Below are positions 55,679 to 64,000 of a stretch of 64,000 nt of DNA, piece by piece. The stretch is from Candidatus Latescibacterota bacterium (GTDB lineage Bacteria > Latescibacterota > UBA2968 > GCA-2709665): assembly GCA_965222075.1 (NCBI GenBank), contig OZ244937.1, forward strand, positions 4,448,001 to 4,512,000. Direction: 5' to 3'. The position numbers and the translations under genes were made by a program. Each line of letters opens with the position of its first letter. The first letter of the stretch is position 1. The notes beneath the pieces are model-generated. The model saw only the letters and a list, made by a program, of their open reading frames with translations, was not told the origin of the DNA and did not search any database.

Positions 55679-57085
55679 GTGCTAAAATATGCGATGACAG
55701 GGCTTTTTCTAGGCCTCTCACTGGTGGGGGCAGGGGGGGGCTGGGCAGCAGGTGAGGAGGATATGAAGTCTATCCGAGTATCCACTGCGGAGGGGGAGAA
55801 CTGGTTTTATATCGATCGCTATGAGGTCACGGTTGCGACGCTTCAGGCGTTTGATCCAGATTACAAGCCCGCTTATGAGTATTTTGCGGACCCGAATATG
55901 CCGGCAACCGGTATTTCCTTCGTTCAGGCCCGGGCCTATTGCAAGGCGCAGGGAAAACGGTTGCCCACTTCGGAGGAGTGGCAACTGGTCTGTATGGGGC
56001 CTGAGGGGTTCACATATTTCTACGGAAATAACTGGAATCCGAAAAGGGCGCGGATGGGGCGCAGAAATTGGACCGACGGCCCTAAGCCCGTGGGGGCCTT
56101 TGAGCCGAACGGGTATGGTGTTTACGACATGGTGGGCAACGTGTGGGAGTGGGTGGATGACGGAGAGGCGGAAGGGGAGAGGCGCTCTGTCTACGGGGGG
56201 TCCTGGACGAACGGTCCCCGACAGACCAAATGCACCGTACGGCTGGTGTCAGATCCCCAACAGCGGGTTATCAATTATGGGTTTCGGTGCGCCCGGTCTG
56301 TAACGGCGGCTGACCGGGCCCGAATTGCCGAAGAGGAGGCGGCCAAATTGCGGGCATTAAAGGCCGCTTCACAGCGAGAGGCGGCCAAACGCCGCGCGCA
56401 GCAGGCGGCAAGGGAGGCTGTGAAGAGGGCCAAGGTCGATGCAGAGGCCCGGAAGGTGCGGGAGGCGGAGATGGCAGAACAACGTGCGAAAGAGGCGGAA
56501 GCGGCCCGGAAGGCCGAAGCCTTTGCCCGCAAGGTTGTGAATATGGAGCCCGTGATATCGACGGTCGCCCGGGAGTTTTACATTGACCGGCACGAGGTTA
56601 CCGTTGCGGAGTTTCGAGCGTTCGATCCATCCTACCGTCCCAGTGAGTTCTCCGCAGGAGAGAAGATGCCCGCGACTGGCATGAGCTTTGAACGGGCTGC
56701 GGCCTACTGCCGGTCGCTTGGCAAGCGTTTGCCCACTTCCGAGGAGTGGGTAACCGCGTGTATGGGAAATAAAGGGTATCTCTTCTCTTACGGCCGCCGG
56801 TATGACCCGTCCCTGGGGCGGTCCGGTCTGGCGTGGTTCGCAGGCGCCGATACGGTGGGTGTGGGCACCCCCAATTCCTACGGCGTAACAGATATGGTGG
56901 GCAACGCCTGGGAATGGGTGGATGGATGGTATGACGAGGCCAAGACGCTACAGGCGCTCTATGGAGGGAGTTGGGTGAACGGTCCGGAGCGGGCCAAATG
57001 TACGGGGGAGATGGGGGCGCGTCCTGGAGCAAGTCACGCAGATTTTGGATTTCGCTGTGCGGCAGATAAGGAAATTGGAGAGTGA
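55679..57085 (+). CDS. Secreted protein with two FGE/SUMF1-like domains joined by an Ala/Glu/Arg/Lys-rich helical linker
   Basis: Twice: FYIDR.EVT, KRLPTSEEW, N.YG..DMVGN.WEWV, GGSW, GFRCA. Confidence 0.88.
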   Translation: MLKYAMTGLFLGLSLVGAGGGWAAGEEDMKSIRVSTAEGENWFYIDRYEVTVATLQAFDPDYKPAYEYFADPNMPATGISFVQARAYCKAQGKRLPTSEEWQLVCMGPEGFTYFYGNNWNPKRARMGRRNWTDGPKPVGAFEPNGYGVYDMVGNVWEWVDDGEAEGERRSVYGGSWTNGPRQTKCTVRLVSDPQQRVINYGFRCARSVTAADRARIAEEEAAKLRALKAASQREAAKRRAQQAAREAVKRAKVDAEARKVREAEMAEQRAKEAEAARKAEAFARKVVNMEPVISTVAREFYIDRHEVTVAEFRAFDPSYRPSEFSAGEKMPATGMSFERAAAYCRSLGKRLPTSEEWVTACMGNKGYLFSYGRRYDPSLGRSGLAWFAGADTVGVGTPNSYGVTDMVGNAWEWVDGWYDEAKTLQALYGGSWVNGPERAKCTGEMGARPGASHADFGFRCAADKEIGE

Positions 57086-58617
57086 AAAGGGGGCTAATAG
57101 AGGTGAAAGAGAGATATCGGATTCTGAGGCGTGGGTGCGCGATCGTTACACTGGTGCGGTGGATCTGTGTACTGCTGCTTTGTGCGGGCCTGTGGGCGTG
57201 CGGTGTCGGTCAGAAGGATGTCGCCGGGTTGGAGGGTGAGGCCGTGACGGTTCTGCTGGACCTGCTGCGTAATCGGCCCCTGAAAGGCGCGGTTGCCGGT
57301 GAGGCCGCCAAGGTTCTGGGAGGGATGGGGCATCCAGGTGCGGTGCCCGCATTGATAGAGGCGCTTGAGTATCCGGAGGGGTTTGTGGTCTTCAAGGCGA
57401 TTGCGGCCCTGGGCGAAATTGGCGATCCCCGGGCGGTGGAACCCTTAGAGAGGCACTTTCAGGAGGGCAAGCCCTACCTGCAGATCGAAGCTGCGGTCGC
57501 CCTGGCACGGCTGGGCCGGGCAGGGAGCGTGGACTGGATTGTTGAAACCCTCCAGAAAGGGGAGACGAGCATCCTCCGTTCCAATGCGGCGGCGGCGCTG
57601 GGCCGGCTTGGGGAATCGTCTGCCATTCCGGCCCTGCGGCGGACATTCCGGAAAGATCCAGATCCGATTGCCCGGTCGACCGCGGCGCTGGCCCTGGCGC
57701 GGTTGGGGGATCGCGAGAGCCTGCCGGCGGTTGGCCAGACGCTGGCGCAGACGAAGGATGTGTCGATCTCCATGGTGATGATCGAGGCCTTGGAGGCGTT
57801 TGGGGATTCGATATCGGCCTTCTACCTGGAGGCCGCGTTTCAAGCGCAGAAGGCTTATACCGTGCGCATGCGCTGCCTGCAGGGGCTGGGCAAAATAGGC
57901 ATCGGAACGATCGGTCCCTATTTACAGGATGTGCTTTCCAGGGATACCAACATGGCCAATCAGATGCTGGCGGCAGAGGGGCTGGGTATTGTTCAGGATA
58001 GCACTGCCGTGCCTCTGTTGCGGACGGTTTTCCGGAGCAACCCGGACCAGCCAATCCGGGTGGGGGCTGCGCGGGCACTGGCCATGCTTGGATACGGCAT
58101 GGAAATTTCACCGGAATTGGAGGCAGACCTGGCCCACCAGAACGAATCGTTTCGGATACGCGCTGCTGAGGTTCTGGCGCTGATCGGAGATGAACGGCGC
58201 GTCTTTGCGCTTAAAGAAGGGCTGCTCTGGTCGGGGAGCGTTGCGCTTCAACGGGCCGTTGCCAAGGCCTTGGGGAGCATTGAAAGCCCCGATGCGGTAG
58301 AGGCCCTCAGAGAGGCCTATCCCCGGGCCGAGGCGTTTGGGGTGAAGGTGGACATTGTAGAGGCGCTGGGGTGGATGCCGCTGCCTGAGGCGCACAAAGC
58401 CTTAGAAAGGATTTTGAAGCGGGCCGAATACACCGAGATTCAGACCCTGGCTTTAAGGGGTTTGAGCAGGTCCAAAGACCTGGACCTGCTCAGGGTGCTG
58501 GAGCGGTATCTGAAGGATCGGAAACCGGAGGTTCGGTTCCAGGCGGCTGCGGGGATTTTCCGACTGACCCGGGAGGGGCCTCCGGGTCTGGCGGATGCTG
58601 GAGCCGCGGACGGATGA
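57082..58617 (+). CDS. HEAT-repeat (lipo)protein
   Basis: Repeated AA.ALG..G...AVP.L; possible lipobox LWAC; start uncertain. Confidence 0.85.
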   Translation: MKRGLIEVKERYRILRRGCAIVTLVRWICVLLLCAGLWACGVGQKDVAGLEGEAVTVLLDLLRNRPLKGAVAGEAAKVLGGMGHPGAVPALIEALEYPEGFVVFKAIAALGEIGDPRAVEPLERHFQEGKPYLQIEAAVALARLGRAGSVDWIVETLQKGETSILRSNAAAALGRLGESSAIPALRRTFRKDPDPIARSTAALALARLGDRESLPAVGQTLAQTKDVSISMVMIEALEAFGDSISAFYLEAAFQAQKAYTVRMRCLQGLGKIGIGTIGPYLQDVLSRDTNMANQMLAAEGLGIVQDSTAVPLLRTVFRSNPDQPIRVGAARALAMLGYGMEISPELEADLAHQNESFRIRAAEVLALIGDERRVFALKEGLLWSGSVALQRAVAKALGSIESPDAVEALREAYPRAEAFGVKVDIVEALGWMPLPEAHKALERILKRAEYTEIQTLALRGLSRSKDLDLLRVLERYLKDRKPEVRFQAAAGIFRLTREGPPGLADAGAADG

Positions 58618-58708
58618 CGGGCAGGGACTTTGCGAATTGTCTTGACTTTGGTCATTAAAATTATCGATATTAGCAATTGATCCATGGGCTCTTGGTAAGG
58701 AGGAATTG

Positions 58709-59074
58709 GTGCGTATTCACGAGGAAATTCGAGACGATGTGGCCGTTCTCAGGGTGAGCGGAGCGTTGATGAGCGGCCCGGACGTGGCGCCTTTTCATGA
58801 CCATGTGAAGCGGCTGATCAAAGATGGGATGACCAGGGTCGTGGTCGACTTTTCGAAGGTGAAATGGTTTGGAAGCGCCATGCTGGGCGTGCTGATCGCC
58901 AGTTTGACCACCATACGCAATGCAGAGGGGGATCTGCGGTTAACCGGGATCACCGAGAAGATCGACAGCATTTTGATGGTGACGCAGCTGGCGGGGATCT
59001 TCCGGACGCTGGATACGGTAGACCGGGCTGTGGCAAGCTATCAGCCCCAGCCGCCTGAGGACAAATCTCAGTAG
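58709..59074 (+). CDS. STAS domain anti-sigma factor antagonist
   Basis: VVVDFSKVKWFGSAMLGVLI, GDLRL; RBS AAGGAGG. Confidence 0.9.
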   Translation: MRIHEEIRDDVAVLRVSGALMSGPDVAPFHDHVKRLIKDGMTRVVVDFSKVKWFGSAMLGVLIASLTTIRNAEGDLRLTGITEKIDSILMVTQLAGIFRTLDTVDRAVASYQPQPPEDKSQ

Positions 59075-59138
59075 GGATGCACGGCCGCATGCTCTACCCA
59101 CAGGTCTATGCTCGGGGGAAAACATCAAGGAGGCCGCG

Positions 59139-60332
59139 ATGGTGAGGATCGGAATCTGGCTGGTTGCGGCACTGTGTCTGCTTCCGACCTCAAGCCGAGC
59201 TCAGACACCGGAAGACGCCGATTTTGACGGAAATGGGGTTGTCGACTACGATGATTTTCTCGCCTTAGCCAGGACATTTGGGGCCAATCATGCCCGGTTC
59301 GATCTGGATCGAAGCGGTGTGGTGGACTTCCAGGACTTCGTGATTTTTGCCAGGGCGTACCTGCAGCACGTGGAGGCAGCCGACGGGAGTGACAAGGGGC
59401 CCGTTGTCACCGAGGAGGTTGCCGGGCGGGTCGAGATCTTTGATCTTCCGGAGTTGGGAAGCCGCCCTTACGATATTGCGGTTGATGCTCGGGGGATCGT
59501 CTGGTTTACGGAGCTGGGGGCCAATCGGATCGGCCGTTTTGATCCAAGGACGGGCACATTCGTAGCATACCTTCTGCCGACCCCAGGGGGCCAGCCCCTG
59601 CGCATTGTGGTCGATTCTCGGGGCCGGATCTGGTTTACCGAGATCGGGGCCAACCGGATCGGCCGTTTGAATCCGGTTTCGGAGGAGATCCGAGAGTTCG
59701 TGGTGCCCACACCCGGGAGTCGGCCGCACGGTCTGGCGTTCGACCGAAGGGGCATCCTCTGGTTTACGCAGGAGTCGGCCAACCGGATTGGCCGTTTAAA
59801 TCCATTCGATGGGACCTTTGAAGAATACCTGCTCCCCACGCCTGCGGCCGGTGTTGACGGTCTTTTGGTGGATGGGGAGGGGGCGCTCTGGTTTGCAGAA
59901 CGGGCCGTGGGGAAATTGGGACGGTTGGACCCGGTTAGCCTTGAAATTGAGGAGTTCCGACTTTCAGGCGAGGACCTGAAGCTCAGGGAGATTGCTCTGG
60001 ATTCCGGAGGGCGGGTCTGGTTTACAAACACCAGTACCCGCGGGCTGGGCGTTTTTGATCCCAAGACCGGAAATACAACCATGTATCGGCCTCCTGCTGA
60101 GGTTTCAGATCTGCATGCGACTGTGGTCGATTTAAGCGACCGGATCTGGTTTGCAGGGCTTGAGTCGAATCGGATTGCCAGGTTCGATCCCGAAGTCGGC
60201 CATTTCCGGTTATATTCCCTGCAGTATTCCGGGGCAGGGGTGGGCCATTTGACCGTCGATGTGTCGGGCGTTATCTGGTTTACAGATCCGGGAAAGGATC
60301 GGATTGGTAGGGTAGAGGATACCGGGCCGTAG
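59139..60332 (+). CDS. Secreted dockerin/EF-hand + Vgb-like beta-propeller protein
   Basis: Signal peptide; ADFDGNG.VDYDDF, FDLDRSG.VDFQDF; repeats G.IWFTE.GANRIGR.DP. Confidence 0.85.
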   Translation: MVRIGIWLVAALCLLPTSSRAQTPEDADFDGNGVVDYDDFLALARTFGANHARFDLDRSGVVDFQDFVIFARAYLQHVEAADGSDKGPVVTEEVAGRVEIFDLPELGSRPYDIAVDARGIVWFTELGANRIGRFDPRTGTFVAYLLPTPGGQPLRIVVDSRGRIWFTEIGANRIGRLNPVSEEIREFVVPTPGSRPHGLAFDRRGILWFTQESANRIGRLNPFDGTFEEYLLPTPAAGVDGLLVDGEGALWFAERAVGKLGRLDPVSLEIEEFRLSGEDLKLREIALDSGGRVWFTNTSTRGLGVFDPKTGNTTMYRPPAEVSDLHATVVDLSDRIWFAGLESNRIARFDPEVGHFRLYSLQYSGAGVGHLTVDVSGVIWFTDPGKDRIGRVEDTGP

Positions 60333-60413
60333 GCGAGTCGCGCTACAGAAGGGTTGCTGACGCTCTGATCTGGCCGGTCAGGGCGTATTTTTGTGGGTCG
60401 GTATAAAAAGAGA

Positions 60414-60442
60414 TTGACATTAGAAGGGGGGTTCGGTACTAT
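60414..60442 (+). promoter_or_regulatory. sigma70-type promoter
   Basis: TTGACA, 17 bp, TACTAT. Confidence 0.7.
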
Positions 60443-60497
60443 TCCAGCCCTGAAGCGGAAGCGGAACTCAATATTGATGGAAGGTGATCTGCGCCAC

Positions 60498-61895
60498 ATG
60501 AAGGGATGTGCTGGAGCTTTTTTGCTGGCCTTTTTGCTGATGTCCTGCACGCGCGAACAGGCCCCGGGGCTCGTTTTGATCTCTCCCCACTCGGACGAGA
60601 TCCAAAACGAGTTTGAGGCGGCCTTCAAGCGCTACTACCGGGGAGAGGGGGGCCGTGAGATCTCATTAGAGTGGCTTGACGTTGGGGGGGGAACCAGTTC
60701 TATTCTGAGGTATATCAAATCGGAGTTTGGACGTAGGCCGGAGGGGATTGGGGTGGATGTCTTTTTCGGCGGCGGGCTGGACCCTTATGCGGAACTGGCC
60801 GAACTGGAGCTGTGTTCGCCCTACCGGCTGCCAGACGCGCTGCTTTCCCGGCTGCCGGAGGTCATCGGCGGGGTTCCGCTCTACGATCCGGATTATCGCT
60901 GGTACGGCGCGACGCTCTCGGGGTTCGGAATCGTTTACAACCGGAGGATATTAGACGAACACAACTTTCCGGTGCCAAAGACCTGGGCGGACCTGGGAGA
61001 TCCGAGGTTCGCCACGTGGGTGGGTTCGGGGGATCCCCGGACCAGCGGCAGCGTGCACATGGTCTACGAGTTGATCCTCCAGGCTTACGGGTGGGAGCGC
61101 GGGTGGGAGGTGATTACCACGCTGGGGGCCAATGTACGCCATTTTGGCTCGGGCGGTGCCCAGGCGCCAAGGGATGTGGCTGTGGGAGAGGTGGCCTACG
61201 GGCTTTCGATCGATTTTTACGCCTTGGCGCAGGTGGCTAAAGTGGGAGAGAAGTTTATAGGTTTTACCATGCCAGACAACCTGACCATTGTCAATCCGGA
61301 TGGACTGGCAATTCTCAAAGGCGCACCCAATATAGAGGCGGCACAAGCTTTTGTACGGTTTGTGATGTCGGCGTCCGGGCAGAAGCTCTGGTTTTTGAAG
61401 AAGGGGACGCCCGGGGGCCCCACCGTGACCCAGTTGAATCGGTTTACGGTGCTGCCCGACCTCTACGACCGGTTTCGGAGCGAGGCGGCGGTGTCGCTGA
61501 ACCCCTTTCAGTGGACCTCCAGTCTGATTTACGATTCGAGGATGGCCTCGGCCCGCTGGAGCGTGTTGAACGACCTGGTCGGGGTGCTGGTTATCGATTC
61601 TCACCCCCAGCTTCAGCAGGCCTGGAAGCGGGCGATGGAAGCGGGGGTGACACAGGGGGAGATCAAACGCCTGTCGGTGGCGCCCATTTCCGAGGCGGAG
61701 TGCCTGAGGTTGGGCGCACGGTGGCGCGATGCAAAGCTGCGCAACCGGATGCTGGCTGCGTGGACGGCGTTTGCCCAAAAGAAATACGGAGACCTCCACC
61801 AAAGCCCCTACCTTCAGGTGCTGGACGTTCTGACGTTCTGCTTCCCGCTGGGGATTGCAGGGGCGATGGTGCTTTACCTCTGGCGAATGCGGTGA
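60498..61895 (+). CDS. ABC substrate-binding lipoprotein (Fe3+/thiamine/polyamine-type) with C-terminal TM helix
   Basis: Lipobox LLMSC, ISPH, DVFFGGG, P.TWADL, DPRTSGS, NPD..AILKGAPN; hydrophobic C-terminus. Confidence 0.85.
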   Translation: MKGCAGAFLLAFLLMSCTREQAPGLVLISPHSDEIQNEFEAAFKRYYRGEGGREISLEWLDVGGGTSSILRYIKSEFGRRPEGIGVDVFFGGGLDPYAELAELELCSPYRLPDALLSRLPEVIGGVPLYDPDYRWYGATLSGFGIVYNRRILDEHNFPVPKTWADLGDPRFATWVGSGDPRTSGSVHMVYELILQAYGWERGWEVITTLGANVRHFGSGGAQAPRDVAVGEVAYGLSIDFYALAQVAKVGEKFIGFTMPDNLTIVNPDGLAILKGAPNIEAAQAFVRFVMSASGQKLWFLKKGTPGGPTVTQLNRFTVLPDLYDRFRSEAAVSLNPFQWTSSLIYDSRMASARWSVLNDLVGVLVIDSHPQLQQAWKRAMEAGVTQGEIKRLSVAPISEAECLRLGARWRDAKLRNRMLAAWTAFAQKKYGDLHQSPYLQVLDVLTFCFPLGIAGAMVLYLWRMR

Positions 61896-61905
61896 GTTCC
61901 TTATT

Positions 61906-62874
61906 ATGATTCGGATTTTTTCCTATTCAAAAGAGACGAAGCGGATGGAAATGCCGGGGATTGCGGAGCTCCCACGGCACATCGCCGACCGGGGGCGCAT
62001 AATCTGGGCGGATTTGGAAGACCCTACGGATGAAGAGACCGGGGTTCTGGGCGGAATTTTCGGGTTCCACGTGCTGGCGGTGGAGGACTGCATGCGCGGG
62101 TTTCACCTGTCCAAGATCAACCCGTACGACGGCTATCTGTTTCTGATCGTCCACGCTGTTGATTTCACTCTCGCAGAAGATGTGTTCGACACCCTGGAGG
62201 TGGGCATTTTTATCGGAGAAAATTACTTGGTGACCTACCACAAAAAGCAGGTCAAAGGTATTTTTAACACCCTGGGGCAGGTGGCCAAGAGTCCCGGGTC
62301 TCTGCTTCGGTCACCCGACTGGTTGCTGCATGGCCTCCTGAACACGCTGATCGACAACTATAAGCCGGTGCTCCAGAGGCTGGACGGCGGGATTGAGGCC
62401 CTCGAAGCGGGGCTTCTGGATTCCTCGAAAGAGGACCACCTCCACGAACTCCTGAAGCTGAAACGGGAAGTCTTTCACCTTCACCGGATTGCGGCGTCCC
62501 AGGGTGAGATTCTTCAGAAGATGGGGCATGGCGATCCGTCCTGCATCGGTGAGGAGAATCGGATCTATTTCCGGGATCTTTACGACCGCACCGTCCAGAT
62601 TTTGCAGGCTGCAGATCTCTACCGGGAAATGCTTTCTGGGGCCACAGAGACGGCCATGTCGATGGTTTTCAGGCGGATGAGTCGCGCTGTGAAGACGCTG
62701 GCGGTTGTTGCCACGCTGGTGATGCCGCTGACGCTGATTGCCGGGATCTATGGGATGAATTTTAGACGTATGCCGGGACTTGAATGGGAACATGGGTATG
62801 TTACAGCGCTGGGGGTGATGGCGCTGGTGGTGCTGGTGATGCTGGTGGTGTTTAAGAGGAAGCGGTGGTTTTAA
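61906..62874 (+). CDS. corA: Magnesium/cobalt transporter CorA
   Basis: FGFHVLAVED, YFRDLYD, MPLTLIAGIYGMNF, FKRKRWF. Confidence 0.93.
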   Translation: MIRIFSYSKETKRMEMPGIAELPRHIADRGRIIWADLEDPTDEETGVLGGIFGFHVLAVEDCMRGFHLSKINPYDGYLFLIVHAVDFTLAEDVFDTLEVGIFIGENYLVTYHKKQVKGIFNTLGQVAKSPGSLLRSPDWLLHGLLNTLIDNYKPVLQRLDGGIEALEAGLLDSSKEDHLHELLKLKREVFHLHRIAASQGEILQKMGHGDPSCIGEENRIYFRDLYDRTVQILQAADLYREMLSGATETAMSMVFRRMSRAVKTLAVVATLVMPLTLIAGIYGMNFRRMPGLEWEHGYVTALGVMALVVLVMLVVFKRKRWF

Positions 62875-62977
62875 TGTGTGAAACGTGCCACCCCGTCTCA
62901 CCCCCAAAGCGAGAAGCCGGGGTTCCGGAGAAGGGTGGGGGGGGGTTCACGTTTGCCGTTTGCCTCAGGGATTGGCC

Positions 62978-64000
62978 ATGGTCAGCGTAAGACTGGAGAA
63001 CATCACCAAACGGTTTGACAACGTGGTGGCGGTGGATCGCGTCAGCCTGGAGATTCAGGAAGGGGAGTTCTTCTTTTTGCTGGGGCCTTCCGGGTGCGGC
63101 AAGTCGACCCTGCTGCGGCTGATCGCTGGGCTTTACCAGCCCGAAGGGGGGCGTATTTTCTTTGACGACCGGGAGATGACGGCGGTGCCTCCGAACGAAC
63201 GGAACACGGGCATGGTTTTTCAGAACTATGCCCTTTGGCCCCATATGACGGTTTGGAAGAACGTGGAGTACGGATTGACGCTACGGAAGGTCTCCCCGGC
63301 GGAGCGTCTCAGGCGGGTGAGCAAGGCCTTAGAGATGGTGCAGATGGAGGCTTACGAGAATCGGTCGCCCAACCAGTTGTCCGGGGGGCAGCAGCAGCGG
63401 GTCGCGCTGGCCCGGGCGCTGGTGGTGGAGCCGGATGTGGTGCTTTTAGACGAACCGCTCTCCAACTTAGACGCCCGGCTGCGCTTAGAGATGCGGGAGC
63501 AGATTCAGGAGTTGCACCGAGAGCTGGGCATTACCATGATCTATGTCACGCACGATCAGAAAGAGGCGCTTGCCATGGCCGACCGGATGGCGGTGATGCA
63601 GATAGGGCGGGTGGGGCAGGTGGGGAACCCCCGCGCGCTTTACGCGCGTCCGTCCAGCCGATTTGTGGCCGATTTTATCGGGGAGATCAATCTGCTTGCG
63701 GGCGAAGTGACCGCTGTTGATGATGAGGTCTGCGTGGAGACAGCGTTGGGAACGATTCACGGCCGGATGGCGTACGATGGTATTCAGAAGGGCGATCGGG
63801 TGCTTTGCGCTGTGCGTCCGGAGGCCCTGGCGTTTCTGGAAGGGGAACCGGCCAAGGGAGAAAACGTGGTGTCGGGGCAGGTACGAAACGTGGTCTACTT
63901 AGGCGACTTAGAACAGTACATCGTGGATCTGGTAGACGGCACGCAGGTGAAACTGGTGGAACACAACCCGCTGGAGCGCAAGGCGGGTGCGGGAGAGGGC
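62978..64000 (+). CDS. ABC transporter ATP-binding protein (PotA/FbpC-like), runs off window
   Basis: MVSVRLENITKRF, LLGPSGCGKST, FQNYALWPHM, LSGGQQQRVALARAL, DEPLSNLD, VTHDQ, TOBE region. Confidence 0.93.
   Translation, partial: MVSVRLENITKRFDNVVAVDRVSLEIQEGEFFFLLGPSGCGKSTLLRLIAGLYQPEGGRIFFDDREMTAVPPNERNTGMVFQNYALWPHMTVWKNVEYGLTLRKVSPAERLRRVSKALEMVQMEAYENRSPNQLSGGQQQRVALARALVVEPDVVLLDEPLSNLDARLRLEMREQIQELHRELGITMIYVTHDQKEALAMADRMAVMQIGRVGQVGNPRALYARPSSRFVADFIGEINLLAGEVTAVDDEVCVETALGTIHGRMAYDGIQKGDRVLCAVRPEALAFLEGEPAKGENVVSGQVRNVVYLGDLEQYIVDLVDGTQVKLVEHNPLERKAGAGEG

Noticed and set aside
55679-57085. Diversity-generating retroelement target (FGE/CLec fold)
   Set aside because: No reverse transcriptase and no adenine-variant template repeat seen; the two domains are old protein-level duplicates
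59139-60332. Virginiamycin B lyase antibiotic-resistance gene
   Set aside because: Only the propeller repeat is shared; the signal peptide and dockerin-like module point to a surface protein, and catalytic residues could not be confirmed

Overview
Bacterial chromosomal window with fairly high GC. The gene content (dockerin/EF-hand plus FlgD-type C-terminal-domain proteins, a GWxTD protein, sulfatases, phytanoyl-CoA dioxygenase) suggests a Latescibacterota-like FCB lineage; this is inference. Most of it is housekeeping and catabolic: comF; pfk-gap-pgk-tpiA-secG-tRNA-Leu(GAG); a secreted ankyrin protein; slipin-GT2-radical SAM/SPASM-GT2-DmpA-SSS; larB; dksA; polX/sulfotransferase/nth; M42 peptidase; sulfatases; a partial dpp ABC operon; selA; galU; mazG; an ABC exporter; a DEAD helicase; FGE/HEAT/STAS/Vgb-like genes; an ABC SBP-corA-ATPase set. 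I found no CRISPR array, rRNA, intact transposase or integrase. The main unexplained signals are: (i) a small gene fusing an integrase-like arm DNA-binding domain to an apparently dead restriction-type nuclease domain, beside an AT-rich DnaA-box cluster (oriC/datA-like) with no dnaA nearby; (ii) a 72-bp IHF-site/dyad element present in two copies, upstream of a two-Cys DksA and of a Thr-nucleophile sulfatase homologue; (iii) small CCTGCC...GGCAGG hairpin cassettes nested inside a repeated host element; (iv) an unannotated 42-aa basic protein with its own promoter, RBS and terminator; (v) several genes destroyed by large internal deletions (mlrC, HDOD-receiver, fbaB, dpp); (vi) two strand-composition switches about 41 kb apart. 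All family assignments come from motif recognition by eye, not from database searches.
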